A stretch of 64,000 nucleotides of DNA from Octopus sinensis (taxonomy: Eukaryota), in assembly GCF_006345805.1 (NCBI RefSeq), contig NC_042997.1:81778001-81842000 (forward strand). Direction: 5' to 3'. This document shows positions 62,170-64,000 of the stretch, one piece after another (the stretch's first letter is position 1; each line of letters begins with the position of its first letter). Under the pieces are notes generated by a model. It was not told where the DNA came from. It did not search any database and worked only from the letters and a program-made list of their open reading frames with translations. The position numbers and the translations under genes are program-made.

Positions 62170-63140
62170 CTGATTATCTGGTTCTTTCAGCCTCATGGCA
62201 TGGGGCATCTATGTTCTTTCATCTTTCTCTGTCTTTTATCAAGGGTTGGATCTTGAAACCAGTTTGTGCCACATTTGTACAGGTCAAGCAGATCTCCAGA
62301 TTTCCTTTAGCCTATCCTTTAGTCTCTTCCCACCAGCTGGTAACCATGTCATGGCTGTTCTTACTGGGATGTTGTCCTTCCATTCGTAGAACATGCCTTG
62401 CCAGCTGCATTCTTCTGCCTTTGGTGACAAGACTCAGGCGTGTTGCATTGGCTCTTCAAAGAACCTCGTTGTTTGTGATCTTGTCTTCCCATCTAATGCC
62501 CAGGATTTTTCAGAGGCATGTTTGTTGGAATGCATCAATCTACTTTGCAATTCTGGCTGTAGTTTTCCATGTGTCAGTAGTATAAGTTGTTATTGAGATA
62601 ACAGATGACCATAATTACCTTAATTTGATTTGTGATGTGATCCTCTTTCACTGCCATAACAGTTGGAGTTTGTTAAATGCTCCCGCACCCTTAGCTATTC
62701 TTTGTTTTACATCAGTTTCAGCATTGCTGTTTGCTGTCTGAATACTTCCAAGATATATGAAGCATTGAGCCTCTTCTATCTTTTTTCCCATTGATTGGAG
62801 CTTCATGTGCTTCACTGCAGGCAACTTTTTCATGTTTTTGTATATTTACTCTCAAGCCAACCTTTTCAGCTGTTCAGTTAGGACATTTGTCATGGTCCAC
62901 ATTTTTGTGCAGTTGATGATGGCAAGAAGAGCTAAGCCACCAACAAGGCCTAAATCTGCTAGTTTCATTCTTTCCCATTTTAAGCCATGTCCACAGGTAT
63001 CCAAGGACATTCTTAGAACATAGTCCATGATTATCAAGAAAAATAATGGTGGTAGGATGCTTGTTGCTCTCCTGATAAGATTGAAAGGAACTCAGTAAAT
63101 CCTGACTCTGTTTTTACACAGCAACTTGAGTCTTGATAAA
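62170..63140 (-). mobile_element. Degenerate RTE LINE 3' part
   Basis: IIMDYVLR, LADLGL..GLALL, FIYLGSI, W.P.GGKR..GR on the minus strand. Confidence 0.7.
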
Positions 63141-64000
63141 GATTTTGCTAAAGCAGGTGCCATTGCCATAAATCTGAAGGGTGTTCCAGAATGGCCAACA
63201 GTATACACTGCTCAGGACATTTTTGAAGTTGACAAAATATATTACTACTGGGTTTCTATATGCCAGTGATTGTGAGGAAAGAAGCTGCTGAAGTACTCAT
63301 TGGATGGTTCACTATAAATCAATGCATCATAACAGCCCATTTATAGACCAGGTATGCAAAATTGTCAATCATTCAAGTCTGTGCTCCAACAGATTTAGCA
63401 AGTGAAGAAGGTAATGATAAATTTTTATGACCAGCTTCAGCAAATTTTGGACAACACTCAATAATGTGACATCAAACTGCTGGCTGGTGACTTCAATGCC
63501 AAGATGAATAAGGACCAAAAGAATGTTACTGGCCCTTTTGTTTTTGCTGAAGACTCTGACAGTAATAGAGAGAGGCTGACTTCTTTTCATAGTTTGATGA
63601 GTTTTCTATATGTAAAACATATTTCAAACATAAACAGATCCTCAAAAATGTCTGGCACTCTCTGGACAAAGAAACTGAGAAAGAGCTAAATTACATCTGC
63701 ATCAACAGAAAATGGAGATCCTCTGTCAAGAATGTGCATAGCTTTTGAGGTACAGATTGTGGTTCTGATTATTCTCTACTACTTTGTAAAGTACTTGTAA
63801 AATTTTAAAAACTTCCAAAAAGTCATCTGGAAGCCCTTTTGGTATTGCAAATGTAAAAGTTAAAGAAATAGCTGAAAAATACTTAATTTAACTTTAAAAA
63901 TGGTGTTGAACCCCATGAAAAGTGGTTGAATTTCAAAAATGCAATTGGTGAGACTGCTAACACTTATTGGGAGTGGAAAAAGAAAAAAGGCTCTCACAAA
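63140..64000 (+). mobile_element. Degenerate RTE endonuclease segment, opposite orientation to the adjacent RT part
   Basis: QVCAPT..SEEGNDKFYDQLQQILD...LLAGDFNAKM, YICINRKWRSSV, GSDYSLL; continues past the window. Confidence 0.7.

Overview
AT-rich, repeat-saturated animal genomic DNA. The SINE/LINE content suggests an octopus or other coleoid cephalopod (inference from recalled repeat families; no search was run). One host gene is well supported: NUFIP1 (box C/D snoRNP assembly factor, yeast Rsa1 homologue) on the + strand. It has 10 GT-AG coding exons from ATG 28543 to stop 61998, giving about 395 aa, with consistent splice phases. It shows two zinc-finger motifs, the EEIEKWIAERKRNFPT segment and the C-terminal RPTLLEKLL..EIRHERN.ILQC.HYIV.NNFF motif. 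The rest is transposon-derived or simple repeat: Penelope-like elements with hammerhead-ribozyme-like motifs at their ends; a near full-length CR1-group LINE whose ORF1 pairs a Myb/SANT-like (trihelix) domain with a CCCH finger; several RTE LINEs with a PHD finger inside ORF2; Dong/R4-type LINEs in (TAA)n; three tRNA-derived SINE families; TTAA piggyBac-type MITEs; Helitrons; and a 782-bp Merlin-like fold-back in NUFIP1 intron 1. The best leads are the long-stem-II hammerhead at 10.5 kb, the unusual LINE ORF1, a covarying 3' hairpin shared by the LINE and SINEs, and the many inverted repeats that could make the NUFIP1 pre-mRNA double-stranded. Transposon boundaries are approximate unless a TSD or terminal motif is cited.
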